Below are positions 25,760 to 35,580 of a DNA stretch of 37,388 nt, in pieces. The stretch's first letter is position 1. Every line of letters starts with the position of its first letter. Both the position numbers and the translations under genes were made by a program. The stretch covers positions 1 through 37,388 of the IMG/VR virus record IMGVR_UViG_3300032257_000532; one strand, written 5' to 3'. The notes under the pieces are model-generated. The model worked only from the letters and a program-made list of their open reading frames with translations, did no database searches and had not been told where the DNA came from. This stretch comes from a virus. Its lineage: Duplodnaviria; Caudoviricetes.

Positions 25760-27512
25760 ACTTGGCGACCGAATTTCGGCACCGCTTCGGCGCATTTCAG
25801 GCCAAATTGAAACCACGATGGGGCGTGCCCGCCGCGCGGCAGAGCAAACCGGAAAAAGTATGGAACGGGTCCACAAGGCCATGCGCGGTATGGGCTCTGC
25901 CGGGCGATCGATGTCGTTCAAACTCACCGCGCCAGTCATCGCTTTTGGGGCTTTAAGCTTGCGTGCCGCGGCAAATTTTGAAGCGGCAATGAACAAGGTG
26001 GGGGCGTTGAGCGGGGCGACAGCAAAAGAGCTGAACAGCCTTAGGTCTCAAGCTCTGAAATTAGGGAAAACGACGGTTTTCACGGCCACCCAAGCTGCGG
26101 ATGCCCAAGCTTTTTTGGCAATGGCTGGATTTAAGACCAATAAAATTATGGCGGCTCTGCCAGGCACATTGCAATTGGCCGCTGCGGCTGGCATTGATCT
26201 GGGTCGGGCGGCGGATATCACGTCAAATATTTTAACCGGTTTTGGTAAGAGCGCTGACGAACTTGGTCACGTCAATAATGTGCTGGTCGGGACGTTTACG
26301 AATTCCAACACCACACTGGAAGAGCTTGGCGAGTCCATGAAATTTGTCGCCCCTGTTGCACGCGGTGCTGGCATGGCATTCGAGGAAACAGCCGCGGCCA
26401 TTGCGATGATGGGCAACGCGGGGGTTAAGGGTGGATTGGCCGGGCGGTCATTGCGTATGGCCATCGCAAAATTGCTCAACCCAACCAAAGAAATCATGCG
26501 GACGTTTAAAAGTCTCAAAATCAACGAAAGCGATCTCTATGATTCCGAAGGCGCTCTTCGGTCACTGGCAGATATTATGGGTCTTTTAAAAGAACGCGGG
26601 GCGACAACCGGGCAAGTCTTGGCGATTTTTGGTACGGAAGCTGGGCCAAATATGCAAGCGTTGATGGACCAGGGCATCGACAAAATGGTCGAGTTTACAG
26701 ACAAACTGAAAGAAATTGGTAACGTTGCGGAAAAGATTGCCAAGGCCCAGCTGGTCGGTGCACGGGGCGAAACGCTCAAATTGGCCTCAGCGTTTGAGGG
26801 TCTGCAACTTGCTATTGCTGATTCCGGTGTTCTCGCGGCATTTACGAAAATGGTTGAAGCCGTCACCTCATGGCTTGGTGAACTATCCAAGGCGTCTCCG
26901 GCGACCTTTCGGTTTGTAACTGTCCTGGCCTTGATCCTGGCGGCCATCGGCCCGTTGCTGATCGGCATTGGGCAGATCGGCATCGGAATTTATGGTTTGA
27001 CCATTGCGTTTTCAGCCCTCAAGGCAATGCAATTGGGCGCGTTGTTTGTGTCCATTGCAGGCGGGGTGAAGGCGTTGGGGGCAGCATTATTGCTTAACCC
27101 CATTGGCCTGATCATCACCGCCATTGGCGTGGCGGCGTTTTTATTGGTCACCCGATTTGACGACATCAAAAAATCACTAAAGGCTTTGCGTGGTTTTGCC
27201 GGGCTGGCGCTGGATTACGTGGTGAACAAAATCACCGCGTTACGGAATGCGTTTGCAAACGTGTTGCCAGACTGGCTTAAAGAAAAAATGGGCATTGATG
27301 TTTCAGCAAAAATGCCCCCCACACCATCGGTGGCCAGTGCCTACGCCGGGCGTGGTCGCGGTGGATCACGTGGTGATCAACGCACGGATGTTGGCGGAGA
27401 ATTGTTCATTAAGATCGACAGTGAAGGCCGCCCGAAAGTCGCTCAACTCAAAAGCAACAACCCAAGTTTTGACCTGAACGTCGATACTGGGTTGGTGATG
27501 TCTGGAGGGTGA
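25728..27512 (+). CDS. Tape measure protein (TP901-like core)
   Basis: FEAAMNKV.ALSGAT, T.FTATQAADA..FLAMAG, LGESMKFVAP; follows the chaperone. Confidence 0.92.
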   Translation: MTNMTARIRIELGDRISAPLRRISGQIETTMGRARRAAEQTGKSMERVHKAMRGMGSAGRSMSFKLTAPVIAFGALSLRAAANFEAAMNKVGALSGATAKELNSLRSQALKLGKTTVFTATQAADAQAFLAMAGFKTNKIMAALPGTLQLAAAAGIDLGRAADITSNILTGFGKSADELGHVNNVLVGTFTNSNTTLEELGESMKFVAPVARGAGMAFEETAAAIAMMGNAGVKGGLAGRSLRMAIAKLLNPTKEIMRTFKSLKINESDLYDSEGALRSLADIMGLLKERGATTGQVLAIFGTEAGPNMQALMDQGIDKMVEFTDKLKEIGNVAEKIAKAQLVGARGETLKLASAFEGLQLAIADSGVLAAFTKMVEAVTSWLGELSKASPATFRFVTVLALILAAIGPLLIGIGQIGIGIYGLTIAFSALKAMQLGALFVSIAGGVKALGAALLLNPIGLIITAIGVAAFLLVTRFDDIKKSLKALRGFAGLALDYVVNKITALRNAFANVLPDWLKEKMGIDVSAKMPPTPSVASAYAGRGRGGSRGDQRTDVGGELFIKIDSEGRPKVAQLKSNNPSFDLNVDTGLVMSGG

Positions 27513-27516
27513 GATG

Positions 27517-27894
27517 TCAGTAGGTGTATGTAACCGCGAGCAACGTGAATTTTCGAGCTTGACCGGACTGTTCGGCGTTGAGTTTGAGGCAAAGTTCTTT
27601 TCCACCTTCAGCGACAAACCCACGAAATTTATACATGTTGAGGACGCGAATTTCGCGTACCCCATCAAGCAATGTTTCGTTCGCAATGATGGCGGGACAA
27701 ACTCCGGCTTTGATTACGGCGCTGTAGATCGCATCGGTGATGATTTTTTCCGGCAAAACGATGGTGACGATGCCGTCATTTTTTTCCACCGAGATCGGCT
27801 GCCACGTGGTCAGGGTTGGTACCAAAAATTCTGCGGCACGGGCTTGCCCGGCCAAGGCCATAAAGAACAGTCCGGCAAAAATCAATTTCAACAT
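27517..27894 (-). CDS. Antisense moron: exported protein with signal peptide
   Basis: MLKLIFAGLFFMALAGQARA/A signal peptide, AAGGA RBS, two Cys; promoter TTGTCC-16-TACCCT at 27952-27925. Confidence 0.75.
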   Translation of the reverse strand: MLKLIFAGLFFMALAGQARAAEFLVPTLTTWQPISVEKNDGIVTIVLPEKIITDAIYSAVIKAGVCPAIIANETLLDGVREIRVLNMYKFRGFVAEGGKELCLKLNAEQSGQARKFTLLAVTYTY

Positions 27895-27935
27895 GATCGT
27901 GTCCTTATCGCGGTTCAGGCCGGGAGGGTAGCACA

Positions 27936-29150
27936 ATGAGCTGGCGGGACAACCTTCGCGAGGTGTCGTTTCGGGGCGTGCCGTTTTTTTATGACGACAC
28001 GGATGGCGAAATGGGCCGGCGCGCGCAGCGCCACGAATACGCGGGCCAGGACGTGGCCTATCACGAAGATCTGGGCCTCAAGACCCGCGTGCACACCATT
28101 AACGCCTATGTGTGGGGCGACAACGCCGACGTTTTGGCCGCAAATCTGCAAGCCGCGATTGAAGCACCGGGTGCTGGCACACTGGTGCATCCAGTCCGTG
28201 GCCAAATGCTGGCGATGGTGACCAACGCCCGGGTGCGCACCAGCACCCGCGAGGGCGGCCTGGTCACTTTTGCGCTGACATTCGAAGAAACCGGTTCTGC
28301 GCGTCAACCGCAACTTTCACCATTGCCGGTGGCGCGCATCGACGCCGCGGCGGATACCTCTTTAAGCACCGTCCAAAAGGCCTTTGAAGAGGCTTTTAAC
28401 GTCGATGGATTGCCGCAATTTATCGCCACCGATGCCGCCGGTCAGGTCACCACTGGGGTGGACCGGATCAAAGGCGCATTTGCCGATTTGCGTCAAAGTG
28501 AGCAATCCGCTGCGGGCTGGGTCGGGCGTGGCGCGGATATCAAATCGCGCGCGGTGACCATCATCCGTGACCCGGCCCAATTGGCGGTCGAAATCGCCGA
28601 TGTGATCGGTGTCGATTTGGAACTGCCTGGCGCGCGGCTGGCGCGATCATTGTCGCGTCTGTTTGATTTTGGCCGGGATGTTCCTGCCGTTGCCGCCACC
28701 ACCGCCACGCGGCGGATCCAAGTGGCCAACCGCGATGCGTTCACCGCCGTGGTGCGCCAAACGGCGGTGATCCATGCCGCGCGTGCCAGTGGGCGCGAAC
28801 AATTTCCCAACCGGGCATCGGCGTTGGTGCGCCGCGACCAGATCGCAGATGTGATTGAGACCGAAACCCTGACCGCGCCAGACGCCAGCTACCGGGAATT
28901 GGTGGCGCTGCGCGCCGAGGTAATCCGCGCCATCGATGTGCAGGCGGCGCGACTGCCGCGGCTGAAAACCATCCGCCCCGCCCGCACCAGACCGGTGCTG
29001 GCGCTGGCCCATGATTTGTACGGCGACGACCCGTCCCAAGCGCTGGCGTTGTCGTCTGATTTGGTTGCACGCAACCGGGTGCGTCATCCGGGGTTTGTGC
29101 CCGGCGGTGATGATCTGGAGGTTACGATCGGGGGCGTGAGCAATGGCTGA
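27936..29150 (+). CDS. DNA circularization protein (Mu gpN)
   Basis: MSWRDNLREVSFRGVPF, GRR...HEY, EDLG, G.LVHP, RN..RHPGFVP. Confidence 0.93.
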   Translation: MSWRDNLREVSFRGVPFFYDDTDGEMGRRAQRHEYAGQDVAYHEDLGLKTRVHTINAYVWGDNADVLAANLQAAIEAPGAGTLVHPVRGQMLAMVTNARVRTSTREGGLVTFALTFEETGSARQPQLSPLPVARIDAAADTSLSTVQKAFEEAFNVDGLPQFIATDAAGQVTTGVDRIKGAFADLRQSEQSAAGWVGRGADIKSRAVTIIRDPAQLAVEIADVIGVDLELPGARLARSLSRLFDFGRDVPAVAATTATRRIQVANRDAFTAVVRQTAVIHAARASGREQFPNRASALVRRDQIADVIETETLTAPDASYRELVALRAEVIRAIDVQAARLPRLKTIRPARTRPVLALAHDLYGDDPSQALALSSDLVARNRVRHPGFVPGGDDLEVTIGGVSNG

Positions 29151-30195
29151 AGTCAAATTGATCATTGGCGGCGATGTGTGGCGGGGTTGGGAAGAGGTCA
29201 CCATCACCCGGTCGATTGAGCAAGCCGCGGGGACGTTTGATTTGAAACTGACCGACCGCTGGCCGGGGTCAGATGTGGTGCGTCCCATCAACCCGGGCAT
29301 AGCGTGCCGGGTGGAAATTTCCGGCCAGCCGATCATTGGCGGTTATATCGACGATGCCACCGAGACGTTTGAGGCGGATACCCATGAGCTCAGCGTTCGG
29401 GGTCGTGACGCGGCTGGCGATTTGGTGGACTGTTCGGCGGTTTACAAATCAGGCGAATGGAAAAACGCCAAATTGGAAGACATCGCCAGCGATCTGTGCC
29501 GCCCGTTTGGCGTTTTGGTGACGGCCAGCACATCGACGGGCAAAGCGTTCGAAAGTTTCCGCATCCAAGAAGGCGAAACGGTGTTTGAGACCATCGAGAG
29601 GGCGTGTCGCCAGCGCGGTTTGCTGGTGCGCTCCACCGGCACCGGCGGGCTGGTGATCGGGTCCGGTGCGGGGGTGGCCAATAATGCCGGCGCGCTGGCG
29701 CTGGGCGACGGCGGCAATGTGTTAAAACTGCGCATTGAGGCGTCATCACGCGAACGTTACTCCAGCTATACGGTGAAGGGCCAAAATGTCGGCGGCGGTG
29801 AAAAGTCCGCCGAAGACATTGCGGGCGATGAAGCGGTGGTGCTGGACGGGTCGGTCCCGCGCTATCGCCCGTTGATCGTTTTGGCCGAAGAACCGGGCGA
29901 TGGCCCCCGTTTTGAAGAGCGTGCCCGGTGGGAACAACGGGTGCGTTGGGCGCGCGGCAAACGCATGTCGGCGACCGTTCAAGGGTGGCTGGACCGGGCC
30001 GGTCGTCCGTGGCGGCCGGGCGACGTTGTGGCGGTTGATTTTCCCAAATTCAAGGGGTCGATGTTGATTGCCACGGTGAATTTTTCACGTGGGCCAACCG
30101 GCACCTTGAGCACCCTTGATTTAACGTTGCCGAACGCGTTTGACGTGTTGGGTGAGAGCGTGCCAACCACCGCTGTGGAGGGACTGGCATGGTAA
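29143..30195 (+). CDS. Baseplate hub (Mu gpP/gp44)
   Basis: GWEEV.I.RSIE, GRD..GDLVDCS, RYRPLIV, TVQGW. Confidence 0.92.
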   Translation: MAEVKLIIGGDVWRGWEEVTITRSIEQAAGTFDLKLTDRWPGSDVVRPINPGIACRVEISGQPIIGGYIDDATETFEADTHELSVRGRDAAGDLVDCSAVYKSGEWKNAKLEDIASDLCRPFGVLVTASTSTGKAFESFRIQEGETVFETIERACRQRGLLVRSTGTGGLVIGSGAGVANNAGALALGDGGNVLKLRIEASSRERYSSYTVKGQNVGGGEKSAEDIAGDEAVVLDGSVPRYRPLIVLAEEPGDGPRFEERARWEQRVRWARGKRMSATVQGWLDRAGRPWRPGDVVAVDFPKFKGSMLIATVNFSRGPTGTLSTLDLTLPNAFDVLGESVPTTAVEGLAW

Positions 30196-30773
30196 ACCGC
30201 CACCCGATCATCACCGCCGTCGATAAATTGACCGCCCCGCTGCGCCGTCGGGTGGCGTTGATGGTGGGCCGGGCGGTGTTGATGGCCGTTGACGATGGCA
30301 CCAAGTGCCAGACCGTGCAGATCACGGCGCTGAAAGGCGAGGTGTTGGACGGTGTGGAACGGGTTACCGAATACGGATTTACATCCCACCCCCACCCCGG
30401 GGCCGACGCGGTGGTGGTGGCGGTGGGCGGCAACCGCGATCATGGTGTGGTGATCGCGCTGGGCGACCGGCGGTACCGTCTGACCGGATTGGCGGCGGGC
30501 GAAGTGGCATTGCACGACGAGCAAAGTCAGGTGATCAAACTGGCGCGCAGCGGGATCGAGATCACCACCGCCCAAGCGGCAGGCGTTACCGTCACCGCGC
30601 CGTTGGTCACCGTCACCGCACCAAACGTGGTGGTCAATGCCGACAGCATTGATCTGGCCGGTATGGGTGGGGTTGAGATCGCCCGGGTTGGCGATTTGGT
30701 CAACGTCGGGACCGGGTCCAGCGCCGGGCAGTGGCCGATTGTGTCCGGATCGCCAAAAGTGAGGGCCAACTGA
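30189..30773 (+). CDS. Baseplate spike (Mu gp45)
   Basis: YGFTSHP, GGNRDHGVVI, GEVALHD. Confidence 0.9.
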   Translation: MVNRHPIITAVDKLTAPLRRRVALMVGRAVLMAVDDGTKCQTVQITALKGEVLDGVERVTEYGFTSHPHPGADAVVVAVGGNRDHGVVIALGDRRYRLTGLAAGEVALHDEQSQVIKLARSGIEITTAQAAGVTVTAPLVTVTAPNVVVNADSIDLAGMGGVEIARVGDLVNVGTGSSAGQWPIVSGSPKVRAN

Positions 30774-31267
30774 TGGATGCGCGGCTTTTTATAGACCCCG
30801 ATACCATGGCCATCGACGTGGCGTTGTCGGGTGGTGGGTTGGCCACCGACGGCGGTTTGGAAACCGCCGTGGTGGTGTCGCTGTTCACCGATGCCCGGGC
30901 GCAGTCGGATGATGTGTTGGCGGATGATCAATTGGACGATGATGCGAACCGACGCGGATGGTGGGGCGATGCGGTGCCGCCCACCATCGACGGGGTGCCT
31001 AAAGTGGGCGACCGCATCGGGTCGCGGTTATGGCTTTTGGGCCGCGAAAAAATTGTGCCCGAAACCATTAGCCGGGCCGAGACCTACATTCGCGAGGCGT
31101 TGCAGTGGATGATCGACGACGGCATGGCCAGGCGCATCGACGTCACCGTGGAGGCCCAGCGCCAAAACGTGTTGGCGTTTGAAATTGTCATTGAGCGGCC
31201 ATCCGGTGAAAGCGCCAAGTGCGCGTTTATGTGGGATGCCCAAGCGCAGAAAGGTGAACAATTATGA
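30773..31267 (+). CDS. Baseplate wedge gp46
   Basis: LETAVVVSLFTDARA, RGWWGD, GSRLWLL.REK. Start placed at ATG 30773. Confidence 0.92.
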   Translation: MDARLFIDPDTMAIDVALSGGGLATDGGLETAVVVSLFTDARAQSDDVLADDQLDDDANRRGWWGDAVPPTIDGVPKVGDRIGSRLWLLGREKIVPETISRAETYIREALQWMIDDGMARRIDVTVEAQRQNVLAFEIVIERPSGESAKCAFMWDAQAQKGEQL

Positions 31268-32322
31268 GCTTTCAACGGGCTTTATTATCCGAACTGATCA
31301 CCCAGGCGGAAACAGAAATCGAAGCCAATTTGCCAGGTGCCGACGCGGCGTTGCGGCGCACGGTTTTGGGCGTGCTGGCACGGGTCAACGCCGGAGCGGT
31401 GCACGGGCTATATGGCTATCTGGATTGGATGGCCAGGCAGATTTTGCCCGACACCGCCGAGGGTGAATTTTTGGACCGCCACGCGTCGATCTGGGGCGTG
31501 GAGCGCAAGGCGGCGGCGTTTGCCACCGGCACGGTTGATTTCACCGGCACCGATGGGGTGGTGATCGCGGGGGGCTCTGAGCTAAAACGCAGCGACGGTC
31601 TTAAATACGTGATCGGGGCCGATGTCCCCATTCAGGGCGGTGTGGCCAGTGTGACCGTGACCGCTCAATTGGCCGGTGCCGATGGGGTGGCGGCGGCTGG
31701 CCAAGCGTTGAATTTAACGTCGCCCATCGCCGGGATCGACAGCGGCGCTTTGGTCGCGGCGGGTGGGCTGGTCGGCGGCACCGACGAAGAGACCAATGCA
31801 GATCTGTTGGCGCGGGTATTGGCGCGCATTCAACAGCCGCCCCACGGTGGGGCCGATTTTGATTACGTCACGTGGGCGCTGGACGTGGCGGGTGTAACCC
31901 GCGCGTGGGTCTATGCGCAAGAACTTGGGCTGGGCACCGTCACGGTGCGGTTCATGATGGATGAGGCGTACGCCGATGGCATCCCGCTGGCCGCCGACGT
32001 TAACGCTGTACAAACGTCTATGGACGCCGTGCGCCCGGTGACCGCCGACCTCACCGTGCTGGCCCCGATCGCGGTGGCGCTGGATGTGACCGTTTCCGGA
32101 CTTGACCCGGCGACCCAAGCCGTCAAAGACGCGATCACTGCGGAACTGGCCGATCTGATCAAGCGCGAGGCGGTGCCCGGGGGAACGATCTTGATCAGCC
32201 ACATTCGCGAAGGGATTTCGATTGCCGCGGGCGAGGCCGATCACGTTCTGGTCAGTCCCGTCGCCGACATTCCCCACACCACCGGACAGATCGCCACCAT
32301 GGGCGCGATCACTTGGATTTAG
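31264..32322 (+). CDS. Baseplate J / gp47
   Basis: QILPDTA, PHGGA..DY..WAL.V.GVTRAW. Confidence 0.93.
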   Translation: MSFQRALLSELITQAETEIEANLPGADAALRRTVLGVLARVNAGAVHGLYGYLDWMARQILPDTAEGEFLDRHASIWGVERKAAAFATGTVDFTGTDGVVIAGGSELKRSDGLKYVIGADVPIQGGVASVTVTAQLAGADGVAAAGQALNLTSPIAGIDSGALVAAGGLVGGTDEETNADLLARVLARIQQPPHGGADFDYVTWALDVAGVTRAWVYAQELGLGTVTVRFMMDEAYADGIPLAADVNAVQTSMDAVRPVTADLTVLAPIAVALDVTVSGLDPATQAVKDAITAELADLIKREAVPGGTILISHIREGISIAAGEADHVLVSPVADIPHTTGQIATMGAITWI

Positions 32323-32334
32323 GGAATTGAAAAA

Positions 32335-32919
32335 ATGAGCACCGACGCCTACCTCGCCCAACTTCAACAATTGTTACCGCCCGGCCAAGCGTGGCCGCGG
32401 GATACCGACGCCACGTTGACCAGGCTGCTTTCGGCCATGGCCGAAGGGCTGGCCGGCGTCGATGCGCGGGCGGACGATTTGGCCGATGAGGCGGATCCGC
32501 GCAGCGCGACTGAGCTGCTCAAAGATTGGGAACGGATGGCGGGCCTGCCCGATGCGTGCAGTGCTCAAGTGGCCGACACCATCGGCGAACGCCAAGACGT
32601 GTTGACGGCTAAGATCACTAGACGCGGAGGTCAATCGCGAAAATATTTTGTCGATCTGGCGGCGGCGCTTGGCTATGCGGTGACCGTTCGCGAATTTACC
32701 CCGTTTGTTGTGGGGTCCGTGACGGGGGACCCGTGTTATTCCGAAAACTGGCGCTTTGCGTGGCAAGTGGGCGCGCCCAGCACCACCGTGCGCGATTTCA
32801 AAGCCGGTCAGGGGGCCGCGGGCGAACCGATCCGCGATTGGGGCAATGAGATCCTGGAATGTGCCATTTCCGCCACCGCCCCAGCCCACACCAACGTCAT
32901 TTTTGCTTACGGAGGATAA
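32335..32919 (+). CDS. gp48 / YmfQ (DUF2313) baseplate protein
   Basis: LLPPGQAW, DWER..GLPD.C, GGQSR.YF, LEC......PAHT. Confidence 0.92.
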   Translation: MSTDAYLAQLQQLLPPGQAWPRDTDATLTRLLSAMAEGLAGVDARADDLADEADPRSATELLKDWERMAGLPDACSAQVADTIGERQDVLTAKITRRGGQSRKYFVDLAAALGYAVTVREFTPFVVGSVTGDPCYSENWRFAWQVGAPSTTVRDFKAGQGAAGEPIRDWGNEILECAISATAPAHTNVIFAYGG

Positions 32920-32922
32920 TTT

Positions 32923-33522
32923 ATGTTTCGCAACGATCATGCCACCGCCGCCGGATCCAAGCCCGCGTACTCTGCGGCGAGTTTGCCCGGATATTTTACC
33001 GATGGCGATCCGGCCACCGGGGTGCCCGCGACCAGCGTCACGCAGGACTGGCTGAACACCGTTACTGAGGAACTTGTCAACACGATTACCAGCGCGGGCA
33101 TCGCGTTGGACAAAGCCGACGACAGCCAGTTGGTGGCCGCGATCCGCGCCATGACCGGCCACGACATCGCGTTTATGGCGGGACGGGCGGCGGACGGCAC
33201 CGGCGATGATGTGGCGGCCCAGACCTATGGGGCGCTGCAATTGACCCGGGACATCAATATTTTGTCCGAAGTGGGCTATGCCGAAGTTGCCCCGACCGGC
33301 GCGGCGCTGATTTTTGACGTGCTGCTCAACGGCGTGTCGATCTATACCACCGCGCCCCAAATCGCCGCCGGGGCCAATGTGCTCACGGCAGGAGTGTTGA
33401 CGTCCGCGCCAAACCCGTTGGCGGCCAGCGCCGGGGACCGGTTGGAGTTTAAAATCACCCAAATCGGCTCCATCATTGCCGGTCAAAAAGTCACCTTCTC
33501 GATTAAAGGGCTGACGCAATGA
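32923..33522 (+). CDS. Short tail fibre / fibre adaptor (gp49 N-terminus-like)
   Basis: GYFTDGDP..G.PAT.V..DWLN...EEL...I..AGI.LDK....QL..AI. Confidence 0.8.
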   Translation: MFRNDHATAAGSKPAYSAASLPGYFTDGDPATGVPATSVTQDWLNTVTEELVNTITSAGIALDKADDSQLVAAIRAMTGHDIAFMAGRAADGTGDDVAAQTYGALQLTRDINILSEVGYAEVAPTGAALIFDVLLNGVSIYTTAPQIAAGANVLTAGVLTSAPNPLAASAGDRLEFKITQIGSIIAGQKVTFSIKGLTQ

Positions 33523-34262
33523 GCCAGGTTCAAGCGCCGCAGTTGACGTCGGTTCGGGCGAGCGGTGGGTTCGAAATCATCATCGCCGCGGACACGCAAA
33601 ACTTTGATCTGCGGGCGGCGATTGATGCTCTTGGCTATGACGGCCTATCAGCAACCACGGTGATGTGTGTCGTCAATGCGGGGGTCATCATCAACAGTGC
33701 TGATGCGGCCTTGGCTGGCTTTGACACAGGCATATGGCCGGGTGGTGTGGTTATTGACATTACCAATTACGGCACCATTCGGGGTGCCGGTGGACGTGGG
33801 GGCCAAGGTGCAGGTCAAACAGCCCCACATCCGGATCGAGACGGAGTCGGTGGCGGAACTGCGTTGAATATCCAAACACCCACAACGATTAACAATATTG
33901 GCGTTCTCACGGGCGGCGGTGGTGGTGGTGGTGGTGGTGGCAATAATGTCGGGGGTAATGTTGCCGGTGGCGGTGGTGGTGGCGGCGCAGGTGATGTTTT
34001 TGGGTTGGGAAATGGTGGCGGCGGCGGGACGGCAACCGCCGGTGCCAACGGCACCTTGACCACCGGCGGTGCCGGGGGCGTTGGGTATAACGGCGGCGGG
34101 GATGGTGGTCAAGCCGCTGGCCCCGGTTTGGCCGGAGCCGATGGTGTTGGGGTTGGCTGGTTGATTACGGGTGGATATGGCGGTGGCGCTGGAAAGGCCG
34201 TTAATGGAAACATTAACGCAACGTGGATTGCGATCGGCACACGCACTGGATTGATTGTTTAA
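33519..34262 (+). CDS. Glycine-rich tail/receptor-binding protein
   Basis: N.G.I.G.GG.GG and GGGGG motifs; in the fibre module. Confidence 0.7.
   Translation: MSQVQAPQLTSVRASGGFEIIIAADTQNFDLRAAIDALGYDGLSATTVMCVVNAGVIINSADAALAGFDTGIWPGGVVIDITNYGTIRGAGGRGGQGAGQTAPHPDRDGVGGGTALNIQTPTTINNIGVLTGGGGGGGGGGNNVGGNVAGGGGGGGAGDVFGLGNGGGGGTATAGANGTLTTGGAGGVGYNGGGDGGQAAGPGLAGADGVGVGWLITGGYGGGAGKAVNGNINATWIAIGTRTGLIV
33912..33941 (+). repeat. (GGT)7-containing poly-Gly microsatellite
   Basis: GGCGGC(GGT)7GGC encoding ten Gly. Confidence 0.9.
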
Positions 34263-34274
34263 AGGAGAAAAAAA

Positions 34275-34907
34275 ATGCGCTACGCAACTGTTGAAAACGA
34301 TGCCGTCGTTGGTGCCCCCCATGCCAAACCGGCAAAAATTGAAATCAGCCCTGGGGTGATCGTTGGCGCGGGACACTGGCCCGATGCTGAGTTGGCCAAA
34401 TATGGTGAATATCCGATTTCGTCAACATTCGATCCCGCCATCGAGTATGAGACGGGCTACACGTTTGACGCCGCAACCGGACAGGTCGTGGCGAGCGTTG
34501 CGGCGATTGCGGTGGCGGAAAAGATTGCTCCCGCTTTAATGGCCGTTGACGCCGCCGCCGAACGGTCGCGCCTGGCCTACATCACGCCCGGCAACGGCCA
34601 GGCCATGAGCTACCGCGAAAAGGCAGCCCAAGCGATGGATTGTCTGGCCAATTACACCGCCGCGACGCCCCCGGCCAGCGGCGTTTATGTGTTGCTCGAT
34701 TCCGAGGTGGGCATTATGGCCAATGCTGACGGCACCATCACCGCCAATGCCTATGAGGTCGCCGTGGTGGTTGATGCCACCCGCACCGCCTGGTTGGCCA
34801 TCGAAGCCGTCATCAACCGCACCCGCGTCCAAGCCAAGGCCGACATCAAAGCCGCAACAACGGCGGCGGAAGTCGAGGCTATTTTGGCGGCGATTGTGTG
34901 GACATGA
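34275..34907 (+). CDS. Tail fibre assembly-like protein
   Basis: AAGGAG RBS; YITPG.GQAMSY.EK..QA and AKADIKAA.T..EV.AI..I.W motifs. Confidence 0.7.
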   Translation: MRYATVENDAVVGAPHAKPAKIEISPGVIVGAGHWPDAELAKYGEYPISSTFDPAIEYETGYTFDAATGQVVASVAAIAVAEKIAPALMAVDAAAERSRLAYITPGNGQAMSYREKAAQAMDCLANYTAATPPASGVYVLLDSEVGIMANADGTITANAYEVAVVVDATRTAWLAIEAVINRTRVQAKADIKAATTAAEVEAILAAIVWT

Positions 34908-35449
34908 TGGAAAAAGGCGCTGTTTTGTCAGACTGTGGTCAGTACCGCTACGCTTTGTGGCGGAGCTGGGACAAATCCAAGCCGCGTCTCGTGTTTATCA
35001 TGCTCAACCCGTCAACGGCAGACGCGGAGACCGACGACGCCACGATCCGCGTGTGCATTGGCCGCGCCAAACGCATGGGTTTTGGCGGAATCCGCGTACT
35101 AAACCTGTTTGCTTATCGCGCCACAGACCCGCGTGAGTTACACCAGATTGATGATCCCGTTGGCCCTAAGAATTGGCGTTACCTTGGACAGTTATGCGGA
35201 TGCGTGGCAGATGGCGAGGTGACGATCGCGGCCTGGGGTAACGATGGTCAACTCATGGGCCACCATCGCGAACGCTGGCGCGAAGCCCTTGAAATCATCT
35301 GTTATGACATGGGCACGCCGCTGTTCTGCCTCGGCTTGACCCAACACGGCCAACCCAAACACCCGCTGCGAATCCCCTACGCCATAGAGCCGACACTATG
35401 GATGGACCGGGACCGGTGGCTAAAATCAACTTCCCCAACCGGCCAATAG
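34904..35449 (+). CDS. DUF1643 family protein
   Basis: SDCGQYRY.LWRSW, FIMLNPSTAD...DD.TI, NLFAYRATDP, AAWG, PKHPL. Confidence 0.9.
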   Translation: MMEKGAVLSDCGQYRYALWRSWDKSKPRLVFIMLNPSTADAETDDATIRVCIGRAKRMGFGGIRVLNLFAYRATDPRELHQIDDPVGPKNWRYLGQLCGCVADGEVTIAAWGNDGQLMGHHRERWREALEIICYDMGTPLFCLGLTQHGQPKHPLRIPYAIEPTLWMDRDRWLKSTSPTGQ

Positions 35450-35580
35450 CGGCCTGGCGGGGGCCGGGGTGCGCTAACACCCCGAACCGGGCGCAGACAC
35501 GCCCTCGACCAAAACAGGCCTCATTCAGGCCGACCCGCCACCTGTAGCCACAGGCGGGGCCACTATGAAACGATTCTGTT
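35450..35580 (+). promoter_or_regulatory. Structured leader of the late methyltransferase
   Basis: Several hairpins and mutually exclusive pairings (see findings). Confidence 0.55.
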
